Assembly: GCA_035312345.1 (NCBI GenBank) | Contig: DATGCC010000534.1 | Span: forward strand, 1 to 31,188 | Length of the DNA stretch: 31,188 nucleotides | Direction: 5' to 3' | DNA from: Rhodothermales bacterium | GTDB lineage: Bacteria > Bacteroidota > Rhodothermia > Rhodothermales > DATGCC01 | Part shown: piece by piece, positions 8,205 through 17,305 of the stretch | How positions within the stretch are numbered: position 1 is the stretch's first letter | Layout of the letters: every line of letters starts with the position of its first letter | Position numbers and translations under genes: made by a program | The notes under the pieces: generated by a model | The model's database searches: none | Seen by the model: the letters and a program-made list of their open reading frames with translations, nothing else | Told to the model about the DNA's origin: nothing

Positions 8205-9224
8205 CTACGGACGACGTTCAGATGCATTCGAGGAATCCGATAGCACCGCGGGTACTTCTTTTCCAACGGCTGGACCTATCAGATCGATGCGATCCGTCCA
8301 GACGCCGCCAGAGAAGTCGGTGGGCAACTTTGCAAGACGCTTGGGATCATCGAAGCCCTGCGAAAAGCCCTCGCCCTGGTAATCGCCTATCATGAAGACG
8401 CGGGAGCCGACCGCCTCCATCCGCTGGAGGAAACGATCCGGCCAACCCCAGAGCCACGGTGCATAGTTGGCCGGAACCATCACCACGCTACGTTCGCATT
8501 GGGAGGAAACATAGCCCGTCCAGCCGAGGGCTGCGTAGCGGATCAGACACTGCTTGAGCCGACGCCGCCAGATCGTCCGGATGCGTGGTAGCCGCTCTCG
8601 GATCACGCTGACGCCAACCCCACCGCCATAGACCATAATTTGCTCCTGGCGCTCGGGCGAAAGCTCCGCCAATCGATCAGCAAGCAACGCGCCTTCGCTG
8701 GCATCCCCACCTTTCACATCGATGAGGAAGGAACGGTCTGGAAAGGTATGGAGCACTTCTTCCATCGAAGGCATCAGTCCTACGCCCCGCCCGCGAAACG
8801 GGTACGTCTGCCCGCCATCTGCCGTGTAGCCATAGCCGATGTCGAGTGTCTGAAGGCTGTCCAGGGCAAACTCGCGGGTGACACCGGAGCTTTCTGTGCG
8901 GCAATCCACCGTCCAGTCGTGAAAGACAGCAAAGCGGTCGTCGGTGGTGCGATGCACATCGAATTCGACGACATCGGCCCCATAGTCGAACGCCGCCTGC
9001 ATGGAGGGAATCGTGTTTTCGAGATACTCATGTGGCGTCGGCAGCATCCGCGCCGCCGTGCATGTTTCTCCGGTGAGCCCTTCGCGGCTGAAGTCTTGCG
9101 CGACGCCACGGTGTGCGAGCAGAACGGGTTCCGCACCGACTGGATCGGTCAGATGAGATGTGTTGTTCAGATAAACGAAAGCCACAAAAGCAGCAACTAG
9201 GACGGCTCCTACCTTCTTGGTCAT
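8205..9224 (-). CDS. Glycerophosphodiester phosphodiesterase (GDPD) family protein
   Basis: It has an N-terminal hydrophobic anchor and the motifs LAHRG, ENT, EFDVH.T.D and IDVK. Confidence 0.88.
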   Translation of the reverse strand: MTKKVGAVLVAAFVAFVYLNNTSHLTDPVGAEPVLLAHRGVAQDFSREGLTGETCTAARMLPTPHEYLENTIPSMQAAFDYGADVVEFDVHRTTDDRFAVFHDWTVDCRTESSGVTREFALDSLQTLDIGYGYTADGGQTYPFRGRGVGLMPSMEEVLHTFPDRSFLIDVKGGDASEGALLADRLAELSPERQEQIMVYGGGVGVSVIRERLPRIRTIWRRRLKQCLIRYAALGWTGYVSSQCERSVVMVPANYAPWLWGWPDRFLQRMEAVGSRVFMIGDYQGEGFSQGFDDPKRLAKLPTDFSGGVWTDRIDLIGPAVGKEVPAVLSDSSNASERRP

Positions 9225-9413
9225 ACAGGATGTGTGCTGTGTTTATACGATACACCTTAACCACCGAGGGCCAGGGGCTCTTCGCACGTTCAACGCATCC
9301 TTCGTAGTAAGCGTTACAAGGAAAAACGGACCCGCTCTATCTACGCAAAATAAGGCCTCCCGCCGATGCACCGCACGGCCAACCTCGACAAACCCTAGTG
9401 TCCTAGTTGCTTC

Positions 9414-9824
9414 TCAATCCAACACCAGGGGCCCCGAAAAAATCGTTTCATCATGCGCCTTAACAATCACCAGATCCCCTTCTTGTGGTTCATCAAGGGG
9501 CACATTTTGTCTAAGGGAAAATCGGTTTGATCGGTTCTTCTCTGATGGAATGGTATAAATCTTTGTCTCTCCGACGAAAACATCCAGCGGGATATGTTGA
9601 TAGGAAGGATTCAATTCAAAAACACACCCAATGCGCGTGCCTTTTCTCTTCCCACATTCCAACTCAACTTTTCCACGACCGACGCCTTCATTGAAAGGAA
9701 ACTTTACTTCGTAATCCCACACGATGCTTTCACCAAATACAAAAAACACAAAGACTATCGCCCCAACAACCCATACCCATGATGGTACCATAGAAAGCGT
9801 GTTCAAGATGTCTGCAACCTCCAT
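9414..9824 (-). CDS. Hypothetical protein with one N-terminal transmembrane helix
   Basis: This 136-aa ORF has a purine-rich RBS (GAAAGGAAGGG) upstream and a hydrophobic WVWVVGAIVFVFFVFG segment. I recognise no family. Confidence 0.7.
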   Translation of the reverse strand: MEVADILNTLSMVPSWVWVVGAIVFVFFVFGESIVWDYEVKFPFNEGVGRGKVELECGKRKGTRIGCVFELNPSYQHIPLDVFVGETKIYTIPSEKNRSNRFSLRQNVPLDEPQEGDLVIVKAHDETIFSGPLVLD

Positions 9825-9849
9825 TATTCCCTTCCTTTCATAAACGTAT

Positions 9850-9874
9850 CGGCATACCTTGCGTGGGTATACCG
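9850..9874 (-). terminator. Possible hairpin terminator after the VOC gene
   Basis: The minus strand reads CGGTATACC-cacgcaa-GGTATGCCG, a 9-bp stem with one G:U pair, 4 nt after the stop. The U-tract is weak. Confidence 0.3.
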
Positions 9875-9878
9875 CCCC

Positions 9879-10259
9879 TTATCGCTCATGGGGTTCAAAT
9901 AATTCAACAGGATTCCCAGAGGGGTCTTCGAGCAAGATCTGCTTGCCACCATTACCGGAAACTATCTCGTTGCGGAAGTTTGCTCCCTGCTCTTTCAGTT
10001 GCTTCACCTTGGCAGCCAAATCCTCGACCTCAACCTGAATCCGGTTCCAGCCTCCCGGCTCAGGATTCGTGCCATCGGGCATCGCTTGCCCGGCTCCGCC
10101 TGCACCCGGCACATTCAGTAGCAAACGAAGGGCACCATACTGAAGAGCAGCAAATCCTGGTGCTGGGTGCATGAGTACTTCGAAACCCAACAGCTTCTCG
10201 TAAAAGTCAATGGCTACATCAACATCATTGACGATGTATCGAACACGGACACTGCTCAT
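9879..10259 (-). CDS. VOC/glyoxalase family protein
   Basis: Motifs are VRYIVNDVDVAIDFY...LGF and GGKQILLEDPSGNPVELFE. The start is set at MSSVRV (10259). Confidence 0.9.
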   Translation of the reverse strand: MSSVRVRYIVNDVDVAIDFYEKLLGFEVLMHPAPGFAALQYGALRLLLNVPGAGGAGQAMPDGTNPEPGGWNRIQVEVEDLAAKVKQLKEQGANFRNEIVSGNGGKQILLEDPSGNPVELFEPHER

Positions 10260-10352
10260 ATCACGCTTGTTTAAGTTAGCATTGGACCTCATAACGCAAA
10301 AGCTTCGCCGCCGTTCGAGGCTGACTCGATCAATGGCATCGCAAAATAGGCG

Positions 10353-10553
10353 TCATACCGTCCGCTTGCCATCAACGTAGAGTGGGGTCGGTGAACGCAT
10401 AAGCCCTCCCTTGCCCGTGGCAACAGGAAACGCGGCAGAGCAGTTGGTACAGACCCAGGCCAGAATCCAGCCAGGATTTGCCGCCTGGGTTGTCACGTTC
10501 TGCTCCAAGACCAGTGCTTGCGAGCAAAGGGGGCATGGGGGTTTGTTCTTCAT
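10353..10553 (-). CDS. Small 66-aa putative zinc-ribbon protein (CPLC ... CTNC)
   Basis: It has two CxxC motifs and a GAGG 5 nt before ATG 10553. The ORF track extends the frame to 10661. Confidence 0.55.
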   Translation of the reverse strand: MKNKPPCPLCSQALVLEQNVTTQAANPGWILAWVCTNCSAAFPVATGKGGLMRSPTPLYVDGKRTV

Positions 10554-10768
10554 GGGCACCTCTTCGGATTCACCGGACTTGTCAGCACTGACGATCCACA
10601 AGTAACCGACGGGCTTATCAAGCGTTTTGCTCAACATAGCACCCAACAGACATGACCGCAACGCTATTCAGGAAAACGACTTCGGCGTCTACCCTGATAG
10701 CCTTTGTGCGCTTCAACGGAGTAAAACAACATAATGCTCGGCTGCCCCACAAGAGGTAGCGAACGATT

Positions 10769-13723
10769 CTACTGCGTTTGTTCAATGCGGAAACGGTACT
10801 GGCCTGATCCTACTTCATAGATGATACGATTGCCCTCCACGCCCACACGTTTGACGGATGCCGCCTGATCGGCCACCACGGCCCTGCTGCCCTCTACCAC
10901 CGTGATGAGTTCCGGGCTTGGTGCAGGAATATAGACCCACCCCGTGGCATTCGGCGGCACCCGCACTTCAAGTTCCAGGCCTGCCGTCGTTTGCCGCCAG
11001 GCCGTAGCGACAGTGCCTCGGATGCTTTCGTAGGAGACTGCCACCTGATCAAGCGCGGCTGGAATGGCGGGTCGGAAGGCGATTTTTCGGTAGCCCGGTT
11101 CCAGAGGCTGCATACCTGCCAGGTCCTCATACATCCACTGGACAATGGTACCGAAGAAGTGGTGATTACGCGAACGCGATGTGGCCTCCCAGAACTCGCC
11201 CAGGCCCGTCCACTCTAGCTCGTCGATCCAGTAGCCCCAGCTCGGATAGTCGGTCTGCGTTGCCACGGCAAGCGCGACATCGGCGTACCCGGCCTCGGTG
11301 AGCACTGGGAGCACATAGCGGGCTCCCAGGATGCCCACATACGCGTTGTCGCCCCGTTGGCCTGTGATATCGTCCACCAGTCTGGCAGCCAGGTCATCGC
11401 GCAGATGGTCAGGGGCCAGATCGAACGCAAGAGGTAACACCTGCGCCGTATGGGTAAAAGGGCTCGATGTCGTATCGCGGTAGATGCCATCGTCATGCAA
11501 AAAACGGGCATTGAAGTCCGTGCGAATCCGTTCGAAAAGTGCGTCGTAGCGTTCAGCATCAGCAGGCTTGCCGAGCACACGGGCCACCTCGGCAGCGATC
11601 TGCGCAAAGTGCGCGTAGTAGGCCGTGGATGCCAGGGCAATATTGGTCGGCGTGCCCTCTGGGGGATCCCAGTCGCCCAGCCCCGCCGTGAGGGTATAGG
11701 CATAGGCATCGCCATCTTGGTCCGTCCATTGTGGGATCCATTCATCCAGGTACCTCTGCATGGCCGGGTAGGTTTGCTCCAGGGCACGCACATCGCCGTA
11801 ACGCCTGTAGGTCTCCCATGGGATGATGAACCAGAATGCGTCCCACGCCGGCGTCGCTCCGCAACAGTCCTCTGGCTTGAACGCGGGCTTCCCCCAATAG
11901 CCATAGTTCTCATTGCTCGGTGCCAGATGTGGCACTTCGCCCTCGTCGGTCTGCGCGTCGACCATGTCGCGGAACAGCTTCGTGTTGAGTCGCTCGGTGT
12001 CAAACAGGATAGCTGCCGTTCCCACCGTGAGTTGCGCGTCTCCCGTCCAGGCATTTTTCTCGTAGATCGGGGTATCGGTGATGATGCCGTGCGCGTTGCT
12101 TTCCACGGCCCACCGGGTGTTGCGGTGGATCCTGTCGAGTAGCCCCCCGTCTGCCTCGAAGATCGACGTCGCCTCAAAACCAGTCCGCACCTGTTCGATG
12201 GCTTCAACCTCTACTGTTACTGCTTCAGGGAGCGGCTGACCGTCGGGACTGCTGACTTGGACGTACCGGAAGCCTTTGTATGAGAAGCGGGGCGTCCACT
12301 GTTCACTGCCGGAACCCCGAGCGACGTAATAATCGGTTTGCAGTTGACCACCCACCAGCGCAAAGCCGGTCTCGTCGCTGGCCCGCCCGAGACTGTCCAG
12401 CTTCTCGCTATAAAACACCTCGACGGGGGTGCCCACGGGGGCCTCGACCCGGATGCGCGCCCACCCGGTGAGGTTTTGTCCTACATCGTACACGAACACG
12501 CCCGGCGTCGGCTCTGTCCTCGTGCCAGGACCGCGGGTGTCCACAACCCGAATTGGCTCATGTGCCTGTGCCCACACGGCACCCGCCGGCGCGTCTACGA
12601 CCCGCACGGTCGGCCAACCCGATGCATTGAAGCCCGGCTCGTTCCAGCCATGAATCTCGCGCCGGGCATCATAGGTCTCGCCGAGGTAGTAGCTGTCGTA
12701 TCGGGTCGGCCCATCGACACTCACCTTCCAGGAGCCGTCTGAGACGACGACCTCCTCCGTGCTATCGGCGTAGGTAATGTGTAGCTGGAGCCGGAGACGC
12801 GGTGTGGCCCGCCACTCGGCCTGGTCCCAGCCCCAATCCCACGTCCGCGTTGCGCTGTCGTACTGCCCGGATCCCAGTGCTGTGGCGACGACGTTTTCTC
12901 CCTGCCCCAGCAGGCTCGTGACATCATAGGTGGTGTAATAGACCGTCTCGTTGTAGTCCGTGAAGCCGGGATCGAGCACGCTGTCCGAGACCCGGGTGCC
13001 GTTGATGGTCAAATCGTTGTATCCAAGTCCCGTCGCATAGACGCGCGCCTGGGTGATGGGCTTTGTGACTTCAAAGGACGTGCGTAGCATGGGGACCGCT
13101 CTGATCGCCCGGCAGACCCCCTGGTTGTTGGGCACCACGTTGGGGAAAAAGCCCTCAGCAGGCCAGCGTGGTGGTCTGCAAAACTCCCCAGACGCCTGGA
13201 TCCCGGCATCGTCCGCCTCGCCTTCCTCGGGCGTGAGCCGTTCCATCAACCGCTCGGGGCCAGCAATCCAGTTACCCTGCCACAAGTCAGGATCGAGGAG
13301 TGCCATTTCAAACCAGGTCGGCTGCGACGTGCTCTGGATGCCTCTCGTCGTTTGCACGCGAACTGACCAGTAATAGCGGGTCCGAGACACCAGTGCAGGG
13401 CCTGCATACACGATCCAGGGATCACTGGACTGAACCTCCCCGGAATTCCACACGTCTGCCTGGTTTTCGCTCAAAAGCGCTGGGTGAGAAGCCACCAGCA
13501 CCCGGAACGACTGCTGCATCACACCGCGCGCCTCACTTTCGAGCACCCACGACAACCTGGGGTAAGGATCGTGAAGGCCAAGCGGCTCGGAGGCAGCATT
13601 GGTTTCCAGTTGAACGATAGAGAAATCCTCGGAGGACGTGACGGGAATCTGTGCACAGGCGGTGGCCGCTCCCAGTAGCACCGAAATCAGGAGGGTAAGA
13701 AGACGTATGCTGTTCTCTTTCAT
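10769..13723 (-). CDS. Secreted glycoside hydrolase family 78 (alpha-L-rhamnosidase-like)
   Basis: Motifs include PRLSW, TRYYWSVRV, ARVYATGLG, LDPG.TDY...V.Y.TYDVT, D.GQNLTGW, FSYKGFRYVQ, TDTP.YEKNAWTGD, LGDW, EFWE...SRNHHFFG and GTVATAW. The start is set at MKENS (13723); 13747 is an alternative. Confidence 0.92.
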   Translation of the reverse strand: MKENSIRLLTLLISVLLGAATACAQIPVTSSEDFSIVQLETNAASEPLGLHDPYPRLSWVLESEARGVMQQSFRVLVASHPALLSENQADVWNSGEVQSSDPWIVYAGPALVSRTRYYWSVRVQTTRGIQSTSQPTWFEMALLDPDLWQGNWIAGPERLMERLTPEEGEADDAGIQASGEFCRPPRWPAEGFFPNVVPNNQGVCRAIRAVPMLRTSFEVTKPITQARVYATGLGYNDLTINGTRVSDSVLDPGFTDYNETVYYTTYDVTSLLGQGENVVATALGSGQYDSATRTWDWGWDQAEWRATPRLRLQLHITYADSTEEVVVSDGSWKVSVDGPTRYDSYYLGETYDARREIHGWNEPGFNASGWPTVRVVDAPAGAVWAQAHEPIRVVDTRGPGTRTEPTPGVFVYDVGQNLTGWARIRVEAPVGTPVEVFYSEKLDSLGRASDETGFALVGGQLQTDYYVARGSGSEQWTPRFSYKGFRYVQVSSPDGQPLPEAVTVEVEAIEQVRTGFEATSIFEADGGLLDRIHRNTRWAVESNAHGIITDTPIYEKNAWTGDAQLTVGTAAILFDTERLNTKLFRDMVDAQTDEGEVPHLAPSNENYGYWGKPAFKPEDCCGATPAWDAFWFIIPWETYRRYGDVRALEQTYPAMQRYLDEWIPQWTDQDGDAYAYTLTAGLGDWDPPEGTPTNIALASTAYYAHFAQIAAEVARVLGKPADAERYDALFERIRTDFNARFLHDDGIYRDTTSSPFTHTAQVLPLAFDLAPDHLRDDLAARLVDDITGQRGDNAYVGILGARYVLPVLTEAGYADVALAVATQTDYPSWGYWIDELEWTGLGEFWEATSRSRNHHFFGTIVQWMYEDLAGMQPLEPGYRKIAFRPAIPAALDQVAVSYESIRGTVATAWRQTTAGLELEVRVPPNATGWVYIPAPSPELITVVEGSRAVVADQAASVKRVGVEGNRIIYEVGSGQYRFRIEQTQ

Positions 13724-13885
13724 CAGATGAGCTTTTGCCATTGACATCGATCAAATGGCACTGGTTGGCATGTTTGGATTCACAAATCTGTGGTTTTGTA
13801 CGAGCCTGGAAACCGGTGAAGCGTACTCCTCTTGTAAAAGCAGGCAGGCCCGTCTGTCTGGTCAGCATGCGCCGGTGAAGGGCCA

Positions 13886-14818
13886 TCATGGCTCTATGCC
13901 CAGGGTTCGATACAACCAGTCTTGGGCGAGTGTAGCCCAGCCGTGGGCTGGCGAATCTTCTGACAAGGCATACCCATGCCCTCCCTGTTCAAACAGATGA
14001 AGCTCAGCGGCAACGCCGTGCTCTTTGAGGGCGATGTAGAAGGCGGTACTATTAAACGGATGAACAACGTCATCATCACTGGCATGCACCAGAAAGGTCG
14101 GCGGCGTCTGATCATTGACGCGCAAATGGTTTGAGAACCGTTGACGCTGGTCTTCTGTGGGCTGCTCTCCAAGCAGTCCTCTTTGTGATCCGTGGTGCGT
14201 GTAGTCATCCATCATCGTGACCACCGGATACACTAATACCATGAAACCCGGACGGTGACTGAGATCCTGGTGGTCTCCTTTACCGCTGGAGAAATCCTCG
14301 GTGAAGTGGGTGCCAATGGTCGACGCTAGATGCCCTCCCGCAGAGAACCCCAGGATACCAACTTTGTCTGGTGCGATATGCCATGCCTGGGCACGACTGC
14401 GCATCAGGCGTAACGCCTGCTGTGCATCCTGGAGCGGCACCGGGTAGTGCCCATTCGGCAAGCGGTACTTCAATACCCCAACCGTAAAACCCATCTCAGT
14501 GAGCCACTCGGCAATAGCCGAACCCTCATGGTCCAGACACACAACCGAATACCCACCCCCCGGAACGACTAACACCGCAGCCCCAAGAGCCGCCGTCGAG
14601 TCAGGGTGATAGACGGTAAGCGACGCCTCCGTGATATTCCCGACGCAAAAGTCCCTGGTCTCGGGGCCTGATAGTCCACTGTGGTCTGGTGACCCATCGG
14701 GCCACAATAACAGGGTCTCCTGAGCAACAGCACAGGGAATCTTGCTCCCCAACAACACCAGCACAACAAATGCGGCGAGCCAGCATGGGGACCAGATCGG
14801 GAGACGGAATGCCATCAT
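13886..14818 (-). CDS. Secreted alpha/beta-hydrolase (acetyl/feruloyl esterase-like)
   Basis: It has a signal peptide (AVA|Q) and the motifs PGGGY, GFSAGGHLA, PPTFLVHASDD (Asp) and GGHGY (His). Confidence 0.88.
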   Translation of the reverse strand: MMAFRLPIWSPCWLAAFVVLVLLGSKIPCAVAQETLLLWPDGSPDHSGLSGPETRDFCVGNITEASLTVYHPDSTAALGAAVLVVPGGGYSVVCLDHEGSAIAEWLTEMGFTVGVLKYRLPNGHYPVPLQDAQQALRLMRSRAQAWHIAPDKVGILGFSAGGHLASTIGTHFTEDFSSGKGDHQDLSHRPGFMVLVYPVVTMMDDYTHHGSQRGLLGEQPTEDQRQRFSNHLRVNDQTPPTFLVHASDDDVVHPFNSTAFYIALKEHGVAAELHLFEQGGHGYALSEDSPAHGWATLAQDWLYRTLGIEP

Positions 14819-14997
14819 ACGTTAAGGGGCCAGATGCATAGGTGAGATTGGGCGAGACGCCATGGTGTGTCCACAGTGCATACCTAACGGTCAGGTCTCA
14901 GACAAAAAGGACTGCCTCGCTTAAACGACAGAGTACGCAAAACCGCTGCGCAGAGCAAGGGAGCCCCGAAGCGAAACTGCCCGGAAATCACCAATCT

Positions 14998-15049
14998 CAC
15001 ACGTCTCCTTGCCTGTTTCTGAGATGTGTGCTACAACCCAAACCGTAGC
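14998..15049. repeat. Two adjacent hairpins in a divergent intergenic region
   Basis: CACACGTCTC-N13-GAGATGTGTG (14998-15030, one G:U) is followed directly by GCTAC-N10-GTAGC (15030-15049). Confidence 0.45.
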
Positions 15050-15145
15050 GACAGTTATTGCATTACACCCCAGGATTTGGTACGATGGACCGGACCGAGA
15101 AAAACCAGGACCTTGCCCTATGTACCACCAATCCTAGACTAAACC

Positions 15146-16378
15146 ATGGGACCACGTTTGTCTACAACCTTCATTTTGATTGCACTGGCGGCCATGGTGG
15201 GATCAGGGAAACTCTACGCACAAACGGAATCTTTCACCGTCGTCGTCGATGAGCCGGTCAATGGGGCCGTCGAACTGGACCCCGCCTTGCCTGCCGATGG
15301 GAAATACCCGGCCGGGACGGATGTCACGGTGACCGCTACACCGGATGCCGGCTATGTGCTCGATAGCGGCTATTATTCGGTCCCCGGGCGTTGGGGAGCC
15401 ATGTACCACGAGTCGATGACGCCCCAATTCGAAGTCACCATCGACCAAGACAAGCATATCGGCGCGTCGTTTATCGAACCCTCCATGGTGGATCACATCG
15501 ACGTCACCCAGGATGTCGTTTATGCCCAACCTGGTGTTAAACCGCTCAAATACGACGTTTTCTCGCCCAAAGGCGCTGCCAACCTGCCCTGCCTCATCAT
15601 CATACACGGCGGCGGATGGTCCACCAATACCGAGGACATCATGCGCGGCCTGGCCCGCGAGCTAACCCGAGGCGGGCAGTTCGTGGTCTTCAGCATCGAT
15701 TACCGCTGGGCCGGGAAGCTTGACGGCGATGCGACCAACAATACGATGGCCAACCTCATTGAGGATGTCTTTGGCGCTATCGCGCACATCATGGAGCATG
15801 CCGCCGCGTATGGCGGCGACCCTACCCGCATTGGGTTGACCGGGGACAGTGCGGGTGGTCACCTGTCGGCGGCAGCATCCCTCATGCCCAACATGATCGG
15901 CGATGGGGGGTTCGGCAAAACGCCGGGCGTTTTCGAGTTTATGCCGTCCTACCTCCCTGAGGACAAATCGCTCGAACAGGTACGGGCTGATATGATGGCT
16001 TCCATCCAGGCTGCCGCGCCTAGCTATGGCGTATTCGGTGGCAACCTGCTGAATCACTTTTCCGAAGACCCTGCTGCCGACGACACGTGGAAAGACGCCA
16101 TTGCGCCCCTCAGCCACATTCCCAATGCCTCCGAGCGGGCCGTGCCGCAGTATCTCACGCGGGGCACCCAGGATCCTCTCATTACAGATGAGGCGGTAAG
16201 CACTTTTATGGATGCCCTCGTAGCGGCTGGTCAGCGGGTCGAATACGTGCAGGTGGGCGGGGCCTCCCACGCGTTCTTCGACTGGAAGCCGGACGCAAGA
16301 ACCAAAGCTACGTTTGCCCAATACGGCGTCTATCACGCGGCCCAGATGAAGGATTTCTTCGTGTCGGTCTTGTACTAA
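15146..16378 (+). CDS. Secreted HSL-type alpha/beta-hydrolase with an N-terminal InlB B-repeat-like domain
   Basis: It has a signal peptide (LYA|Q). The repeat-like segment is GKYPAGTDVTVTATPDAGY. Catalytic motifs are HGGGW, GDSAGGHL, GTQDPLI and ASHAFF. Confidence 0.85.
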   Translation: MGPRLSTTFILIALAAMVGSGKLYAQTESFTVVVDEPVNGAVELDPALPADGKYPAGTDVTVTATPDAGYVLDSGYYSVPGRWGAMYHESMTPQFEVTIDQDKHIGASFIEPSMVDHIDVTQDVVYAQPGVKPLKYDVFSPKGAANLPCLIIIHGGGWSTNTEDIMRGLARELTRGGQFVVFSIDYRWAGKLDGDATNNTMANLIEDVFGAIAHIMEHAAAYGGDPTRIGLTGDSAGGHLSAAASLMPNMIGDGGFGKTPGVFEFMPSYLPEDKSLEQVRADMMASIQAAAPSYGVFGGNLLNHFSEDPAADDTWKDAIAPLSHIPNASERAVPQYLTRGTQDPLITDEAVSTFMDALVAAGQRVEYVQVGGASHAFFDWKPDARTKATFAQYGVYHAAQMKDFFVSVLY

Positions 16379-16390
16379 ACGAGAAACCGT

Positions 16391-17305
16391 TTACTGGCAC
16401 AGGGTGGGATCCGACTTGACGTAATAGCTCTTGTAGTTGCTCGCCTCGGGATCCATGCAGCCCACCAGATTCAGCAGCTCAACTTTGCGGAAATCAAGCG
16501 GGTGTCCCTCGCTCTGAAGCGCGATATACCCCTCCCGTAGTAGTGTGCCGTCCGGCGGCTTAACGGCTGGGTCGTAGTTCTCTACCGCCCCCCCCCCGAT
16601 CTGTGGCTGGGTATACTGCAAGACCGTATCTCCCTCGACGATGTGCGTGATGAGCGAGTCCCCCAACACGATGACCTCGGCCCGGACCCACTGGTCCCCG
16701 TCGTAGGTCTCGGAGGTGGAATTGATGCAATGCGTGGGGTCGAGTTGGCCTTCGTAGACGATGTTCGTGCCCGGTGAGCACATATTGCCTGTCGAGCGAG
16801 GCTCGCCATCGCCAAGGCCGCCGAGGAACTGCATTTCTACGGAGATGGGCCAGTCCTGATCGCGCGGCATCGTCCGTGGGTCCAGTGTGTGCAACATGAC
16901 CCCACTGTTTCGCAGAGCCCAACTCGGGGCTCCCGGCTGCTGCTCGCCTACGAAGCGATACTCGACGACGAGGTGGTAGTGCGAGAAAGGCTGTTTGTAG
17001 TAAAGGTGCCCAAACTGGTTGTTGAAGTCGTCATAGCCATCGTAGCGGACCTTCATTATGCCATCCTCGACGCGGAAGGTGTTCTCCCAGTTTACCCCTA
17101 CGTCGTGGTGGTTGATCTTGACGATCCAGTCATCAATGTCCTGCCCATTGAAGAGCGAAATCCACTCCTGCTCTTCCATTTCTGCCGCTTGCTGGATGTG
17201 ACCGCATCCCATACCTGCCAGTAGCAATACAGGAACGAGGAGCCATCGAGCAACCACCTGGGTAAACCTATGGAGGCAAGTCATATGGAAATTAGTGGTG
17301 GACAT
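16391..17305 (-). CDS. DUF1080 (3-keto-glycoside hydrolase-like) lipoprotein
   Basis: Motifs are WISLFNGQD, NSGV, E.QFLG, G.W...EV.V and GYIALQSEGHPLDFRKVEL. The lipobox-like segment is GMGC. ATG 17287 is an alternative start. Confidence 0.88.
   Translation of the reverse strand: MSTTNFHMTCLHRFTQVVARWLLVPVLLLAGMGCGHIQQAAEMEEQEWISLFNGQDIDDWIVKINHHDVGVNWENTFRVEDGIMKVRYDGYDDFNNQFGHLYYKQPFSHYHLVVEYRFVGEQQPGAPSWALRNSGVMLHTLDPRTMPRDQDWPISVEMQFLGGLGDGEPRSTGNMCSPGTNIVYEGQLDPTHCINSTSETYDGDQWVRAEVIVLGDSLITHIVEGDTVLQYTQPQIGGGAVENYDPAVKPPDGTLLREGYIALQSEGHPLDFRKVELLNLVGCMDPEASNYKSYYVKSDPTLCQ

Noticed and set aside
9192-9411. Perfect 12-bp inverted repeat AGCAACTAGGAC (9192-9203) / GTCCTAGTTGCT (9400-9411)
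   Set aside because: One arm lies inside the GDPD signal-anchor codons, there is no target-site duplication or transposase, and one such match in 31 kb is plausible by chance.
11215-12207. 330-aa same-strand alternative-frame ORF inside GH78
   Set aside because: It has an Arg/Pro/Ser/Trp-rich composition typical of off-frame reading. The GH78 frame is uninterrupted, so there is no sign of a frameshift.
16376-16393. TAAACG-N6-CGTTTA palindrome joining two convergent stop codons as a bidirectional terminator
   Set aside because: The 6-bp AT-rich stem has no U-tracts and is too weak to call.
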